A stretch of 64,000 bases of DNA, taken from the NCBI RefSeq assembly GCF_006345805.1, contig NC_042997.1, positions 205,716,001 to 205,780,000 of the forward strand, in the 5' to 3' direction. Source of the stretch: Octopus sinensis (lineage: Eukaryota). The translations under genes and the position numbers were made by a program. The notes below the pieces were generated by a model. That model was not told where the DNA came from and did not search any database. It saw nothing but the letters and a program-made list of their open reading frames with translations. This document shows, piece after piece, positions 25,940 through 39,339 of this stretch. Positions within the stretch are counted from its first letter, which is position 1; each line of letters begins with the position of its first letter.

Positions 25940-26479
25940 CATTGCTGCTGAAGACAGCCTTGTTATTGTCATATCATTGTACACTGTGCTACTGGTCCAT
26001 GATAGTAGCAGTAATGATAATGTGTACCTGCCGAGACCAGAGAAGATAGAGAGGACCCCTTTGTTGGGTTAGGCCTACGACAACGGAAAGTAGGTCTCTT
26101 TTGCCTTAGAGATGGTTGCTTTTGGTTGTAACACCACAGTCCTCTTTATGAGTGAAATGCCAAATAAAAATTATCATCACAACACTGAATCCCCAAGGAA
26201 AAGCCTTTTGCGACCTGCTGTACATCCAGGTGGGCTTGGTCGTTTATTCGAATACTTCTGCAAAGTAGAGAAGAAGATGATCTCAGAATGACAAAAGGGC
26301 CATAATGGAATGTTATGGCAGAAGTGAGTCTACCAAACTAGGATACAGGAAATGGAGGCATGAAATATGCATAGAGAAACACATGTTCCCTCTCTCTGAA
26401 TATTGTTCTGTGAAATCCTTTGTAAATTAAAGTCTCCGTCTAACTTATGCTAGCATGAAAAAGTGGGGGGATGGGTGGA

Positions 26480-27000
26480 AGCTGCAGTCTGGGATCAAGA
26501 AAAAAAAAAGACCAGGATTAGAGTCATGGCATCTGGAATGTCATCTGGCATTCACTGCCAATCAAGTATTGTGGTCATGGAAGTTCTATGTTAGCAATAT
26601 ATAGAAATCTATTGTCGGCTAAGAGCAATGACATTCTCAGGAAAACATTAGGCGTTGACCAGTATGAAGCATTTGGTCTGCTTTGGAGGACATTCAGGCC
26701 AGGAATTAGCACAGGTAGTTTCCAGAAATTCTTGGTCTGGTTACCGAGGAGCAGCGCTGGCATAAACTCTATGGATGGGACTGGCTGAGATGCCCTCTTA
26801 CAGTGTCCAAGCATTTCTGATCTGCAGAGTCATGTTGAACAGCTGTTGGCACATGTAGGAAGGATCTGGCTATGAGTTGAGTCTGTTTTGAGGATTACCC
26901 CATCACTGACCTTTAACAAAGCAGGGCAGATGATGTTTCTCTCCCTAGAGAAAGGGCTTGTGTGGTGGACGAGGCTGAAAAAAATAAGGAAGACACCTTC
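26480..27000 (-). mobile_element. Highly degenerate I/Jockey-like LINE RT fragment
   Basis: NFWKLPVLIPG...ASYWST loosely matches WK.A.IIPI.KP...SYRPI. Weak. Confidence 0.35.
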
Positions 27001-27491
27001 CACTTAAGTTAAACCCAGATCCCTTTTTTTTTTAAAGTTCCATTTGGAAAAGAAATTGAGGGTGGAGAGGGAAGGTGGCTGACTGGTAAGAATGATTAGG
27101 GTGAATGAAGCTCCTTTAGGCATGCACCTGGTGAGTGGAGGGCAACACCGGGGTGAGGACTCGTGCCCTTCATGGTCAGGGTGATCCTGGATCTGTGGGG
27201 TTCATTGACAGGTGCTTTCTTTCCCTTCATCCGTTATGTGACCCCCCCCCCACAGATTGCAAAATGTCTGAGTAATGCCCCTCACTGACGCCCCTGTGGC
27301 AAATAAAAGAAATCATCATCATCATCATAATTATTGCATTCTATATTAACCAGCAGGGATGTTGCTTTGATGTTTGATGACAACAGGTCACCTCAAATCC
27401 GAAGAATCTTTCTCTATCTACATAATGGTCTGCTAGTTATAAAGCTTTTCATTGAGTACTGCCTCCTCCAAGTAATGCCTTTTGGTGATAA

Positions 27492-27525
<34 letters not shown>

Positions 27526-27897
27526 TCCTGTGATGTCCACAGTTTCTCTCTTCCAAATATCAGTCGCAAATATCAGTCTTGAGGCTGCGGTAGAAGATAC
27601 TTGCTCAAGGTGCTGTTGGACAGTGGGATTGAACTAGAACCAATTAATTGTACAGGGAACCTCATAATCCTCTAAGCTATCGAACAAACAAAGGGGCCTC
27701 TAAGTTATGACTTGATCTGCTAGAAAAGGCAGTTAAATCTTCTTCATATACCACCTAACATCTTAAAGAAGGAAGGACACTTGGGGGTATTTATGGTCGG
27801 AATGTCTCTGACCTGGTTCTAAACCAACACAACCATGACCTCCATTCATTAATAATGACATTATATTCTCAATTTCTTCTGCTATTTTGATTTTCAG

Positions 27898-28134
27898 ATG
27901 CAGAAAATGTTGTCCAAAGGAAGGTCCATAATATAAGAAGTTGTAAATTTCATGTGGACTGGTATAAAAATCTAGTCTGGCAAGAAGATGCAATGATTGT
28001 GTCAAATGGCCCCAAAGACATGTCGGACAAAATGTTAATTGATTTTTTGGAAAAGACAGGAAAATTAGATATTGTACATGTCTTCCCTGGAAGAAAACCT
28101 GGAACTTTTCTTGTCTATTGCGAAAATGAAATTG
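27898..28134 (+). CDS. PARP14: PARP14-like gene, RRM1 end / RRM2 exon
   Basis: gattttcag|AT...ATTG|gtaagt, 237 nt, phase 1-1, open. (D)AENVVQRKVHNIRSCKFHVDWYKNLVWQEDAMIVSNGPKDMSDKMLIDFLEKTGKLDIVHVFPGRKPGTFLVYCENEI continues the previous exon in frame with the DA..V..R.H motif. Confidence 0.82.
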
Positions 28135-28269
28135 GTAAGTTTCTTCAAGTTTGATTTGTTCCGAAAAAGATTTCTTGAATTTTGTTTTGTTAATAGGATT
28201 GGTATATCTTTTATGTTTTAAATGTTTTAGTCTAATGACTCAGGCCATGCTGGGGCACCACCTTGAAGA

Positions 28270-28590
28270 TCTTTTTGTGTCAAAAGAATCGACCCCAGTG
28301 CTTCTCACTTTTTTAAGCGTGGTAACATTTAATCACTCTATTTTGCTGATCTGCTAAGTTATAGGAACATAAACATACTGAGACCAGTCATCAAATAGTG
28401 GTGGATAACAAACAGTCACACACACACACACATACTGGGCTTCTTTCAGTTTCCATCTACCAAATCCACTCATAATGCCTCGGCCGAACTGAGGCTACAG
28501 TAGAAGATTCTCACCCAAAGTGCCACACAGTGGGACTGAACCCAGAATCCTGTGGTTGGGAAGCAAACTTCTTGGCACACAGCCTTGTCT
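28270..28590 (-). mobile_element. Family B SINE copy
   Basis: Reverse-complement match to 18655-18960. Confidence 0.7.
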
Positions 28591-29593
28591 GCACCTGTTT
28601 ATATCTTTTATTTCTTCCCAGATTTTGCCTTTTGGTTTCTCACATTTATCAGGAAAGGAAGAAATTTGTGTCAGGAATGATGGTTATCAGGCAGGAAATC
28701 AGAAATATTAGAGATGATGTTTTATCAGTGAAACTGATTCCAGTATTTGACCGTTCCTTCAGTTTCTAAACATTGGAAAGAGGGAAAGTAAATGGAATAT
28801 TTTACCATCTTTGTTTGATTGATAGAGGGAACTTGTTAAAAATTTCTACCTAGAACAAAAAGAAAACTGAGTCTTTACCATGTAATGCATATTACAGAAT
28901 AATAAAAGAAATATATAGTTTAATTCTAAAACAAAATATTTTTTGTGTGTCTTGGGAGGGTCAGTATGCCAATAATAAACACATGCTCTGATTCAGTTTC
29001 CCTTCTTTATAGTTATTTGCCAAGTGGTCACTTAAGACCTGCATAGACTAGAGAGGAACGGGAGCAGTATGCTCCGTTGGATATGCAACGTCAGTGTGCA
29101 TGTATGACAAAGTGGAAATGTGCTGAGAGAAAAGTTGGTTGTAAGCGGAATGAATTGCTGCTTGCAAGAGACACGATTGCATTGGTTTGGACATGTGATG
29201 TGTATGAATGGAAATAGCTGTATATAGAAGTGTTGATTGCTTAAAGGGGATGGCAGGTGTGGAAGAGAGAGCCAATCTGAAGATGACAATGTATCGTGAT
29301 CTCTGGTAATAGAAGGTTCTTGAGAAGACCTGCCCACCCCACTGCTGTGTCTTCCACCCCTATCTAACATTAAATCATTCATCACACCCTACCTCAATAG
29401 ACCAAAACTACATCTCTGCTCCTCTTCTTCATGCACTATGCTTACCTCTCCCTCTCTTCCCCTGCAATCCTGTCCTTCCTCTCCTGCTGGCATTCACATG
29501 AACCCCCTATTCATGCACCCTGGGAAATCCAATACTATCCCATTTACATTCCCATCCTCATACTTTAAGAGTATACCCTGACACATTACCACC

Positions 29594-29645
<52 letters not shown>

Positions 29646-30280
29646 CCCTCTGACTCGGGTAACCATGTCTCTCCATGTCGTGGAATGCTTCCCACCCCCA
29701 CCCAAGTGAATGAAAGTGGATTAGCACATTGCTATAAAATGGAGAACTGTCCGAGTGTCAGCGGTTGATTGGTTGGCAAGCAGTTGACTGTGATCCGTTT
29801 GGCAGAGAGTGCTTAACCTCATGTTTCTTTCTTCTGTCCTTCGTTGAATTATTTTTCCAACACACGAGGATACAAAACTCCACTACAGCAAGACACCTGT
29901 TTCCATCCTTCAGTCATACTGTATCTACACATCACCTCACACCACAAAGCCACCTCCTCCAATACCACAGCCCCTCCTCTCAAAGGATCTTTGTTTTGCA
30001 AGTTACTTGGTGACCTTGCTGGGTCTGGTGCCATGTATAAAGCATCCAGTCCACTCTGTATAACGGTTGGCATTAGGAGGGGCATCCTGCTATAAAAACC
30101 ATATGAGAGGAGAGACTTTACCAGTGCAGGTGCCCCTTAAAATGCCCCTAGCCCTCTCTGTGAAATGGTTGGCATTAAGAATGGCATCCAAATGTAAAAA
30201 CCCAAACAACTCCCCCCAGCAGACTCCCCCCACTCTCTATCCCCTCTACTACTCATAACCTGGTCACTTCTTTTGGACAA

Positions 30281-30332
<52 letters not shown>

Positions 30333-31379
30333 CCTCTCCCATCTTCCTTCTCTTTCCTTGTCCTACTAGTCTTGCATCCTCGCAGGGTTCAAGAAATAAG
30401 TACCGGTGGAATATTGGGGTTGATGCAATCAACTAACCCTTCCCTCCAAATTGCTGGCCTTGTGTCAGAATTTGAAATCAAGAGACATTTGGGGATCTGT
30501 GCTGGTGGCACATAAAGAACATCTTTTGAATGTTGGGCCTCACGGAAGCAAAGTGGCTGAATTCTTTTCGAGCGTTGGGCCTCACAGAGGCAATGACGAA
30601 GATTTTTGGTATTATGTCATGTTTGGGAAGATTCATCAAAGCATGTAAAGGGACCCATTACATTCTCAGAGTGGTTGGCGTTAGAAGGGCATTCAGCCAA
30701 AGAAAACCATGCTAAATCAGACTGGAGTCTGATGCAGCCTTCCAGCATGCCAGCCCAGGCAAACCGTCCACCCATGCCAGCATGGACAACAGAACTTAAA
30801 TGATGATATATCTTTAGAAATGGTTGGGTAGTTATATGTATTTTTAGTGAAATAGTTTGTTTTTTTTTTTGTTTTTTTTGTCTAAATAACTTCATCTCTA
30901 ACTTGTCTCTGATATTGTCATGTCTTTAACCAAAGTACAATATTCTAGAATACAAGAATGAGCCCAGACGAGAAATGTTGAAATTCCCATCTCTACCTTA
31001 AAATACACACTTTTAAGGATCTGAAGACCTTTACACAGTTGCTCAGGCTGATAGAAATAGCAGGAAAGTATCCCTCCCATTACACCTTGCCTTCTTCAAA
31101 ACAGAAGCTACCATTCTAGATATTGGAATGGTCGTGGTTGGATTGTCTTTCATCATAAATCTGCTCAATCAAATTTTGTTTCTTATGTTTTACACTTTAT
31201 TTATCCCTAAATAGAAATACCTTTTACATTTAAGGATGAGTAAACATTTACTAAAGGACACATCATCATCATCATCATGATCAGCATCACTGTTTTAAAA
31301 TCCACTTTTCCATGCTTGCATGGGTTGGACAAAATTTGATGATGAGTTGGATTTCTGCAGCTGGATGCCCTTCATGTTG

Positions 31380-31690
31380 CCAACCCTCACCTATTTCCAA
31401 GTAAGGTAATGTTTCCCAGTGACCAGACATGTTTTAAGGAAGACTGGAAATGAAGGACACTGCTTGTATAACAGGGACACTCGTTTACAACAAGCAAGGA
31501 GACAGTAACATACAGATGGACAGACAGACAGATGGCTTCTTTCAGTCTTCGTCTACCAAATCCACTCATAAGGCTTTGGTTAACCCAAGGCTATAGTAGA
31601 ATACATTTGTTCCAAGTGCTACACAGTGGGACTGAACCCAGAACCATATGGCTGGGAAGCAACCATCTTACCACACAGCCACACCTGTGC
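31380..31690 (-). mobile_element. Family B SINE head joined to an RTE-tail repeat
   Basis: Reverse complement of the TGGCTGTGTGGTAAG...GGTTCAGTCCCACTG head. Confidence 0.65.
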
Positions 31691-31854
31691 CTATATGGAG
31701 TTGTTAAATAATTGGAACTGCATTTTAATGCTAAAATCTCCAAATTTGAAGAATTCTCAAAATCATTTAAAGTAAAATGTGTTAAAACATCAGTAAATTG
31801 ACTTCAATTTGATTCTTTTACCAAATGTATTTCTATTCACTGTATTTATTGCAG

Positions 31855-32088
31855 ATTTTGAGGATGTTCAGAGGATGTGCCAAAACAACCCCTTAAAAGG
31901 AAATCAACTAAAAGTGGATAGAATTAAGGAAATAAACAGTGTTCAAGTGAAAAACGTTTCTTCAAATGTCAGCTCTGACAGTCTTCGAAGATATTTTGGA
32001 AGTAGAAAAAAAAGTTTTGGTGGAGATATTTCTTCAGTTCAACCACAAACCTCTGATACTTACATTATAAGTTTTAAAGAGGCGTGTG
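31855..32088 (+). CDS. PARP14: PARP14-like gene, RRM2 end / RRM3 exon
   Basis: tttattgcag|AT...TGTG|gtaagt, 234 nt, phase 1-1, open. (D)FEDVQRMCQNNPLKGNQLKVDRIKEINSVQVKNVSSNVSSDSLRRYFGSRKKSFGGDISSVQPQTSDTYIISFKEAC has the second YF-x-x-x-K/R-S-x-GG motif. Confidence 0.85.
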
Positions 32089-32149
32089 GTAAGTAATTTT
32101 TCTCTCCTCTCTTTGTCTAGTCTACCTATCAGAGTCAGTTATTAGCATG

Positions 32150-33900
32150 TTTTAATTCAGTTTTGTTGGAACTCCTGGAGGCTTGCTATCCACAGCCTAC
32201 GGTACCATGCTATCTCTTCTGTTCAGCCATGTAATATTTTCTTGATGATAATGGCTGTGACAAGGAGGCAGACATTTGGTAACAGCTCTACTCGGCGCTC
32301 TGTCCTCATTTCCTCTTAATATCTTCTGATACTGTCCCCAGGGCCCCAATAATAATTAGTACTATCTCCATCTTTCACGGTCAAGCACATTTAAGAGGAT
32401 TGTCTACTTGTTCACCTAACTAATTGTGGGTCAAATGCGTATGCAACATCAGTTATAGAGCACATGTGGTTCACCTTGTCCACAACGACCAGGCCTGGCT
32501 TGTTGTACTCAAGCACTTGGCCCATTCTGCATTGAAAAATCCCACAAGATTTTACAGGTCTCTGACTCTGTGATACTCTGTGGTTTCTGTTTGTACCATG
32601 TTTTGCTTCCCTCTAACCCCAACTTTCCTCACACTTTCCAATGCAACACTTTTATAACCTCATCATGTCACCACAACTCATATTGGTTTTGGGCAAGTTG
32701 AGAGCATTCATTCACAGTAAGGGCAATGACTTCATCAAATTATTGTAGTAGTAGTTGTTTTTCCTGTTTCTAAGAGGCAAACTTTCTGCTGAAGCTCTAC
32801 AGGACATCCTATTCCAAACTCTTACAACCATTTGTCTATATCTTTACTTACACTTCCCAATATTATAATAAGCACGACCGTTACGGTTCTGATACTCCAA
32901 ATTCTCACCATTTCAAATTTAAGGGATTGGATTTAAAACATTTTTCATCTCCTTTCTTTACAATCCTGGAATCAAATTAACAAGGTGGGATAATTAGTAA
33001 ACAACTATTATTGTTAGGTTTGGATGGTGGGCTCCATACATTTCTAGTTTTCCTCTCCAGTTTCTTTCTATCGTTTTTGCTCCAGTCTACATTTCCAACT
33101 CCATATCTCATTACAGGTTCTGCTCTTGCACTTTTTGCTTTAATAACATTTTTTTCTTTTTTTGCATTCAGCAATAATTTTCTGACTCTCCTTGTGAACT
33201 CCCTACTGGTAATTTGTTTCATTTCTTTATTTTTTGTCTCGTCTGTTTCCAATGTTCCCTACTACTTTTACCACTGTCCTTTCTCAACCGTTTTCATTGT
33301 TTGTCCATTTGGCATTTCAATTCCCTGGCTTCTTTCAAATCTTCCTTGTGTCATTTTCAATATAGCGCATTTTTCTATCCCAAATTCCATACCCACGTCA
33401 TTTGAGAAAATCCGGATGGTATATATAAGACTTTCAAGTTTTTTCTCATTTTCCACATAAACCTTTATATCATCCATGAAAAGGAGATGATTTTATCTGA
33501 CCATTTCCTTTTCCCAAATCATAAGCAATTTTTAACTTTTCATAGTATCATAGTGAGCGGTGTTATGGCCAATACAAATAGTAATGGAGATAAGTTATCA
33601 CCTTGGAATATTCCATGTCTGATGCTCACTTTTCTGAGATTTTGATTTCCTCTTTTCTTAGATTTTGTTTTCCAATGTTCATTAAGCATTTTCTCCATGT
33701 TTCTGCTATTCAAAACATGCTCATTGTTTTACTAATCCAACTGTTTGGTACTGTGTCTTATGTATTTTTTTAAATCTAGACATACAACATTTAATCCTTT
33801 CAATCTGCATCTACAATTTCTAATTATCATAATTACCATTTTATCAATTAATAAATGTTCTGTTCTCACCCTACTTTGTTTCTTGCATCTTTTCTGATCT
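32150..33900 (-). mobile_element. Degenerate RLE-type LINE
   Basis: FHG.LSPLLF, HLLFMDDIKVY, DVGMEFGIEKCA, and a 3' IIIGALGTV motif. Confidence 0.75.
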
Positions 33901-34469
33901 TCAAAAAGTAGGTTGTTATTTTCTAGATTATTACACAAGTCTGCATTTTAAATGAAGTAAAAGATGACTGTTTAGTTATAGGTGATTCTGAACCATTTTT
34001 TTAATGCTGATTTCAAATATGTTTTAGTTTTTGCCTATCATGTACAGATTTTGCACAAATAGCTGCCAAAGATATGATGATTTTTCTTATCATTCATTCC
34101 CTTTTGTAACAGACTTTTAGGCGATTAAGAACAAATGATGAGAACAATAATAAAAACGATATGAATAGTGTATGTAGGCCTACATCTTGACTATGTATAT
34201 ATTTTTTTATATACCTGCTATGGCTTTAAAGCAATTTTACTCCTTTTCAAAATTCCTTTTCTTTGATTTCATTCCAGCTCTTGGTAGTTGCTTTCACTCT
34301 CTCTTTAGGGTCCAGCAGTAATCCACCAACATGTTTACATTCCACCCCCACCCTCACTGGTACCTCCAATCCATTTCTTTAATGTTCTGATGAAATCTCT
34401 CACTGCAGTCCACTTAGATTGCCAAGGCTCTCTGGGAAAGAGTTGAGGTGTGAGTGAAGAAAGTGCATT

Positions 34470-36900
34470 TTAACACTCATGTTGCATCCAAGCTTTTTTG
34501 AAGTTTTGCAACATGGTATCAACTATGACTTTGTAATTCGAAAGCTTATTGTTTCCCAAAAAGTTCTTGACAACACATTTGAAGCTGACCCATTGCTGTT
34601 TTTGAGATTCATTCATGGGTTTCTCATAATCTGGGTCTTTCATCACTTTATGAATATGGGGACCAACAAATATTGCTGAGATGCTGCAAGAACATTTCAT
34701 CTACAGGCAAAGATTTAATGAACTGTTTCACCGAATCTAGTTTGATGTGCAAGAGTGGTAGCAATACTTTGGTTAGTTCAATCAAGGGCTCGTGCAAAAT
34801 GTTTTTGGATCCAGGTAACAAACTTCTTTGTGGTTACTTTATAATCATCTAGTGCTTTTCTTTGGCTCTGCTGTCCTATTCACATAAGGAGCAGGACATT
34901 TTTGTGTAGTCTACCTGATGGACTAAAAGTATGTCTCATCATCATCATCATCATTGAATGTCTGCCTTCCATGCTGGCATGGGTGGAACAATTTGACAGA
35001 ACTCTGCACCAGACTTCTGTTTCTCTTTTGGCAAGGTTTTTACAGCTGGATGCCCTTCCCAACACCAACCACCCTGCAGAAGACTTGATGCTTTTTATAT
35101 GGCAGAAGCACAGGTAGGGTGAGTTTTGGCAAGGTTTTTACAGCTGGATGCCCTTCTGAATGTTAACCACTTTACAGTGTGGACTGCATGCTTTTTAAGT
35201 GGCACCTGCACTGACAGGGTCACCAACTACCTTGCAAGACTAAAATCTTTTGAGAGGGAGGGGACATTGGAGGAGGTGATCTTGTGTCGGATGATGAAAA
35301 GTTATAGTGAGACAGAGATAGAGAAACAGGGGTCTTGCTGTGGAGGAGGTACAAGGTTACCCAACCAGAGAGAGGGAGAGAGAGAGAGAGATATCAAGAA
35401 TGTGCAGTCACAAAGGAGATACATAGTTACCCAACCTGAGGAAAGTGTAGGAGAAGGAGACAACATGATAGAAATGATGGCAAAGACATACTCGAAAGGA
35501 ACGGGGATCAGAATATAAATGGGATGGTTGAGTAAAGGAAGAGAGAGATATAGATGGTGGCAAGTGCCAGGGCATACCCTTGAAGTTCGAACGCCACAAT
35601 ATAAGTGGCAGGATATTGCCAAAAGAGTGTGATTAGGGAGTGCAGAGGGGAAGTGCGTGGTGAAAACTGGGTATATATAGAGTCAAGGAGCTACCAGATA
35701 GCAATGATACAGAGGAAGAGGGCTGTGAGGGCAGGATTGGGGAGTGAGAGCCAGGTATAATGTACGGAGGAGGAAATGTGAGGAAGAGGAGATGTGGAGA
35801 TGTAGATTGGTTTGTTGAAGTAAGATGTGCAAAGCTTTTGTAGTTATATGTAGGTGGGATACACAAGAACCTCATAAGGCCAGACATCTTGGTCCTTTGT
35901 CATTTCTTCCATGAGGCCCAACATCCTGAGATAGGTCCTCACCACTCCATCCCATGTCTTCCTGGATCTCCCTCTTCCACAGGTACCCTCCACTTTCAGT
36001 GACCAGCACTTCTTTATACAGCTGTCCTCATTCATACGCATCATGTGTCCAAACCAGCACAGTCTTCTTTTTTGCATGCTACATCTGGTTCTTCTTATTC
36101 CCAACTTTTCTCTCAGTACATTTGCACTTTGTTGTATGTGCACACTGATGCTGCGCATCCAATGGAGCATAATGCCTTCATTTCTCTCCAGTCTATGCAT
36201 GTCTTCTACATTCAGAGCCCATGTTGCTCTGCTACGTGCACACAAGCACCATATAGTCTACCTTTCACTTTGGGAGAGAGAGAGAACCCTTTTGTTGCCA
36301 ACAGAGGTAGCAGCTCTCTGAACTTCCTCTGCTCTATCATTTTGAAATCTCTACACACTTGCCAGTGGTATTCTGCATATTTTATATTCAACAAAAGACT
36401 TTTTTTATATTTTCATATGTCTCCTATAGTTGTACAGAATGGTGGAATACTTATTTCCATTGTGTAGGAAGACAACCTTCAAACTCCTTTTGGAGGAATC
36501 CATGAACAGCCTCCATTCTGGGGGATTACTCTTGATCTCAAAATAGCTTAGCAACAAAACACCATTGTTCCATCCTCAGCAAAGAATGGTAACAACTCAT
36601 GTTTCCTGAGATGGTTTCAAGAAACGAAGGTTCCCGGTAATGAAAGCTTTCTCATTTTTAGCCTAGAACCAAGAATTTCCACTGCACCCTTTGATAGGTT
36701 CAGATCTCACCAAATCAAGGAGCTCTTGCTATGTAAATAACTACAGACTTTTGATTTAGTCACAAGAGTAGTATTCACCTTCTTCTCATTTGGCTTCTTC
36801 ATCACTGTTTAATGTAACATTCTTCAAACCAAGTGAGTGAAAGGAACTGGAAAGTCAGCTCCATGTGCAATAGGCCATATAACCAGAGGAATACTATGAT
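34470..36900 (-). mobile_element. DNA transposon remnant (DDE transposase, Chapaev3/CMC-like) split by a nested insertion
   Basis: 36330-36800: EWRLFMDSSKRSLKVVFLHNGNKY...LNIKYAEYHWQVCRDFKMI. 34470-34935: YTK..C.LCE.DSRAK, PGSKN, LLPLLHIKL, IFVGPHI, FLGNNK. Superfamily assignment is from memory of these motifs. Confidence 0.6.
35840..36330 (-). mobile_element. RTE-clade LINE 3' fragment
   Basis: LLPLLATKGFSL..KGRLY.AC, RRLCWFGHMMRM, GRGRSRKTW. Confidence 0.8.
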
Positions 36901-37321
36901 ACATTATCGTACATTTATTTTTTTGCAGTGTACACATCAACTACAGCAATGTGGCTATAACTATAACTGGTTACACCCCTGGCCTATGCCAGGGGTGTAA
37001 CCAGTCCACTTATGCATGCCTTTCCTTCATTGGACACTAAACTCTGCTTGCGAAGACCTGTTGAGGCAAGTGAAATCAAAATCGAAATCAAATTCGATGA
37101 CTGGCATCCATGCTAGTGGAGAGCTAAGAGTACCATATGAGTGAAATTGTTGCCAGAGCAACAAGCTGGCCTCCATGCCGATGGCACACTAAAAACACCA
37201 TTCGAGCATGGTCGTTACCTGCATTACCTTACTAGCATTTAGTTAGTTAGTTAATTTTTTGGCTCAAAAAGCAAAAAGCAAGGCCATGTAGGGGGAAAAG
37301 GAGTTATGTACAGGGTGGTGT

Positions 37322-38740
37322 TCATGTAAAGAGTTTAGGCCACTTGAGGTCAAGGGAGACTTTGAACCAAGCGGTTGTCGGCATCTTCACCATCTCATCT
37401 GGCAGCTTATTCCACGGATCTGCAACCCGGACGGAGAAAGCCCCTCTCCTTCGATTGAGATGAAATCGTCGCAGATAGAGCTTTTCGGAATGACCCCACA
37501 GCCGATGCTCTGGAGCAGGAGTGAAGAACAGCTCTTTGGAGAGGTTACACTTTCCGCTTATGATGTTGTGAGCAAGAATGAGATCTCCACGGCGTCGTCG
37601 TTTTTCTAGAGAATAAAGGTCAAGCGTCTTCAGCCTTTCTTCATAAAACAAATTCTTGAGACCAAGAACCATGTGGGTAGCCAGCTTCTGGACTCTTTCA
37701 AGATGATGTATGTCTTTGAGGAGATAAGAAGAAGAGGCTTGAATCCCATACTCCAATATGGGTCTCACCAGCATGACATAGAGCGGTAGGAATATGGCTG
37801 CTGTGAGCATTCCGAATGACCGTCGAATCAAGAACAGAATTCCGCGTGCTTTGTTGGCAGCATGAACGCACTGGGCTGAAGGCAAAAAGAAGGAATCCAC
37901 CAAGATATCCTGGTCCTTTACCTGATCGGTCCTCTCCAGCAGCAGACGACCCAGCTCTAAATCAAGTTGAGTTGCAGGAGGAGAGCCAACAGGCAGATGA
38001 CAGCACTTTGACACGTTCAGACACAGGTCCCATTCGTTAGACCGTCTCCAAATTTGGTGGAGGCATCGACGACGATCCTCTATATCACCGCGAGGAGCGA
38101 CCAGTTTGACATCATCGGTGTGTTGTGTGAGGTCGTCGGGCAAGTCATTTATGAAGACTAAGAACAATAAGGGCCCAAGCACTGAACTTTGAGGCACGCC
38201 ACTTCTTGCACTGGAGACGTCGGACTGTGAACCATTAACGTGGACTTGGAAGGAGCAATCTGAGAGGAAGGCACCAACCCATCGTACAATATCTGGATGG
38301 AAACTATATGCTTGAAGCTTGACAAGTAATAGGCGGTGGTTTACCGAGTCAAAAGCTTTGGCAAAGTCCAATAAAATGATGTCAACAGCATCACTATCAT
38401 CGAGGATGCGCGTCACCAATTCTTCCATTACCAGTAAGTTGGTCAAGCATGATCTCTTCGGCATGAAGCCGTGTTGGGAATCAGAGATAGAGGCTGTGTT
38501 TTGGAGGTGGAGCATCATACTTTTCTTAAGGATGGTTTTGAACATCTTGCTGGTTATTGATGTAAGGGAAACTGGTTGGTAGTTAAGCGGGTCTTCGTGA
38601 CTCCTTTTCTTGAAAATTGGGCAGATTATTGTTGTTCTCCAGTCCGCAGGTATGACACCTGTCACCAATGACATATTGAATAGACGTGTTAAGGGCTTGC
38701 AGATGACCGGAGCCAACGCTTTGATAACCCGTGGGTGTAT
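37322..38740 (-). mobile_element. CR1-clade LINE RT, 5'-truncated, 464-codon open frame
   Basis: QHGFMPKRSCLTNLL, DFAKAFDSVNH, SGVPQSSVLGPLLF, catalytic YADD decayed to HTDD, RRRGDLI, NKLP. Confidence 0.92.
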
Positions 38741-39067
38741 GCCGTCAGGGCCGGTGCTGGTGGCACATGAAAAAACATTTGAGCGAGGTCATTGCCAGTG
38801 TCGCTGGACTGGCTCCTGTGCAGGTGGCACATAAAAAGCACTATTTGAGCGAGGTCGTTGCCAGTACCACCTGACTGGCTCTCGTGCTGGTGGAACATAA
38901 AAGCACCCACTAAACTCTCAGAGTGGTTAGCATTAGGAAGGGCATCCAGCAGTAGAAACTCTGCCAGATCAGATTGGAACCTAGTGCAGCCATCTGGCTC
39001 ACTAGTCCTCAGTCAAATCGTCCAGCCCATGCTAGCATGGAAAGCAGACATTAAACGATGATGATGA

Positions 39068-39337
39068 TAGGGGATTACTGGAAACATGCAAATGCTTTTG
39101 TACATCATTATGTCAACTGCGGTTATAGTAAATCATCATGATTAAAGGAAATAGCAAATGAAATAGCTAAGCTTAGCAAAGATAGTCAAACCTTCATGCA
39201 TAATTTTAGCAAACACAATACAATTGATGACAGAATTCCTTTAGTGATTAACTGGCATCGAAATTTCACTGGCATTTCAAAAGTGTTGAAAGAAAGTTAC
39301 CAGCATGTGGTGCAAAAATATCCTCATTTCAAACAAA
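39068..39337 (+). mobile_element. Penelope fragment near-identical to 24340-24610
   Basis: Direct sequence match starting TAGGGGATTACTGGAAACATGC. Confidence 0.85.
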
Positions 39338-39339
39338 TT

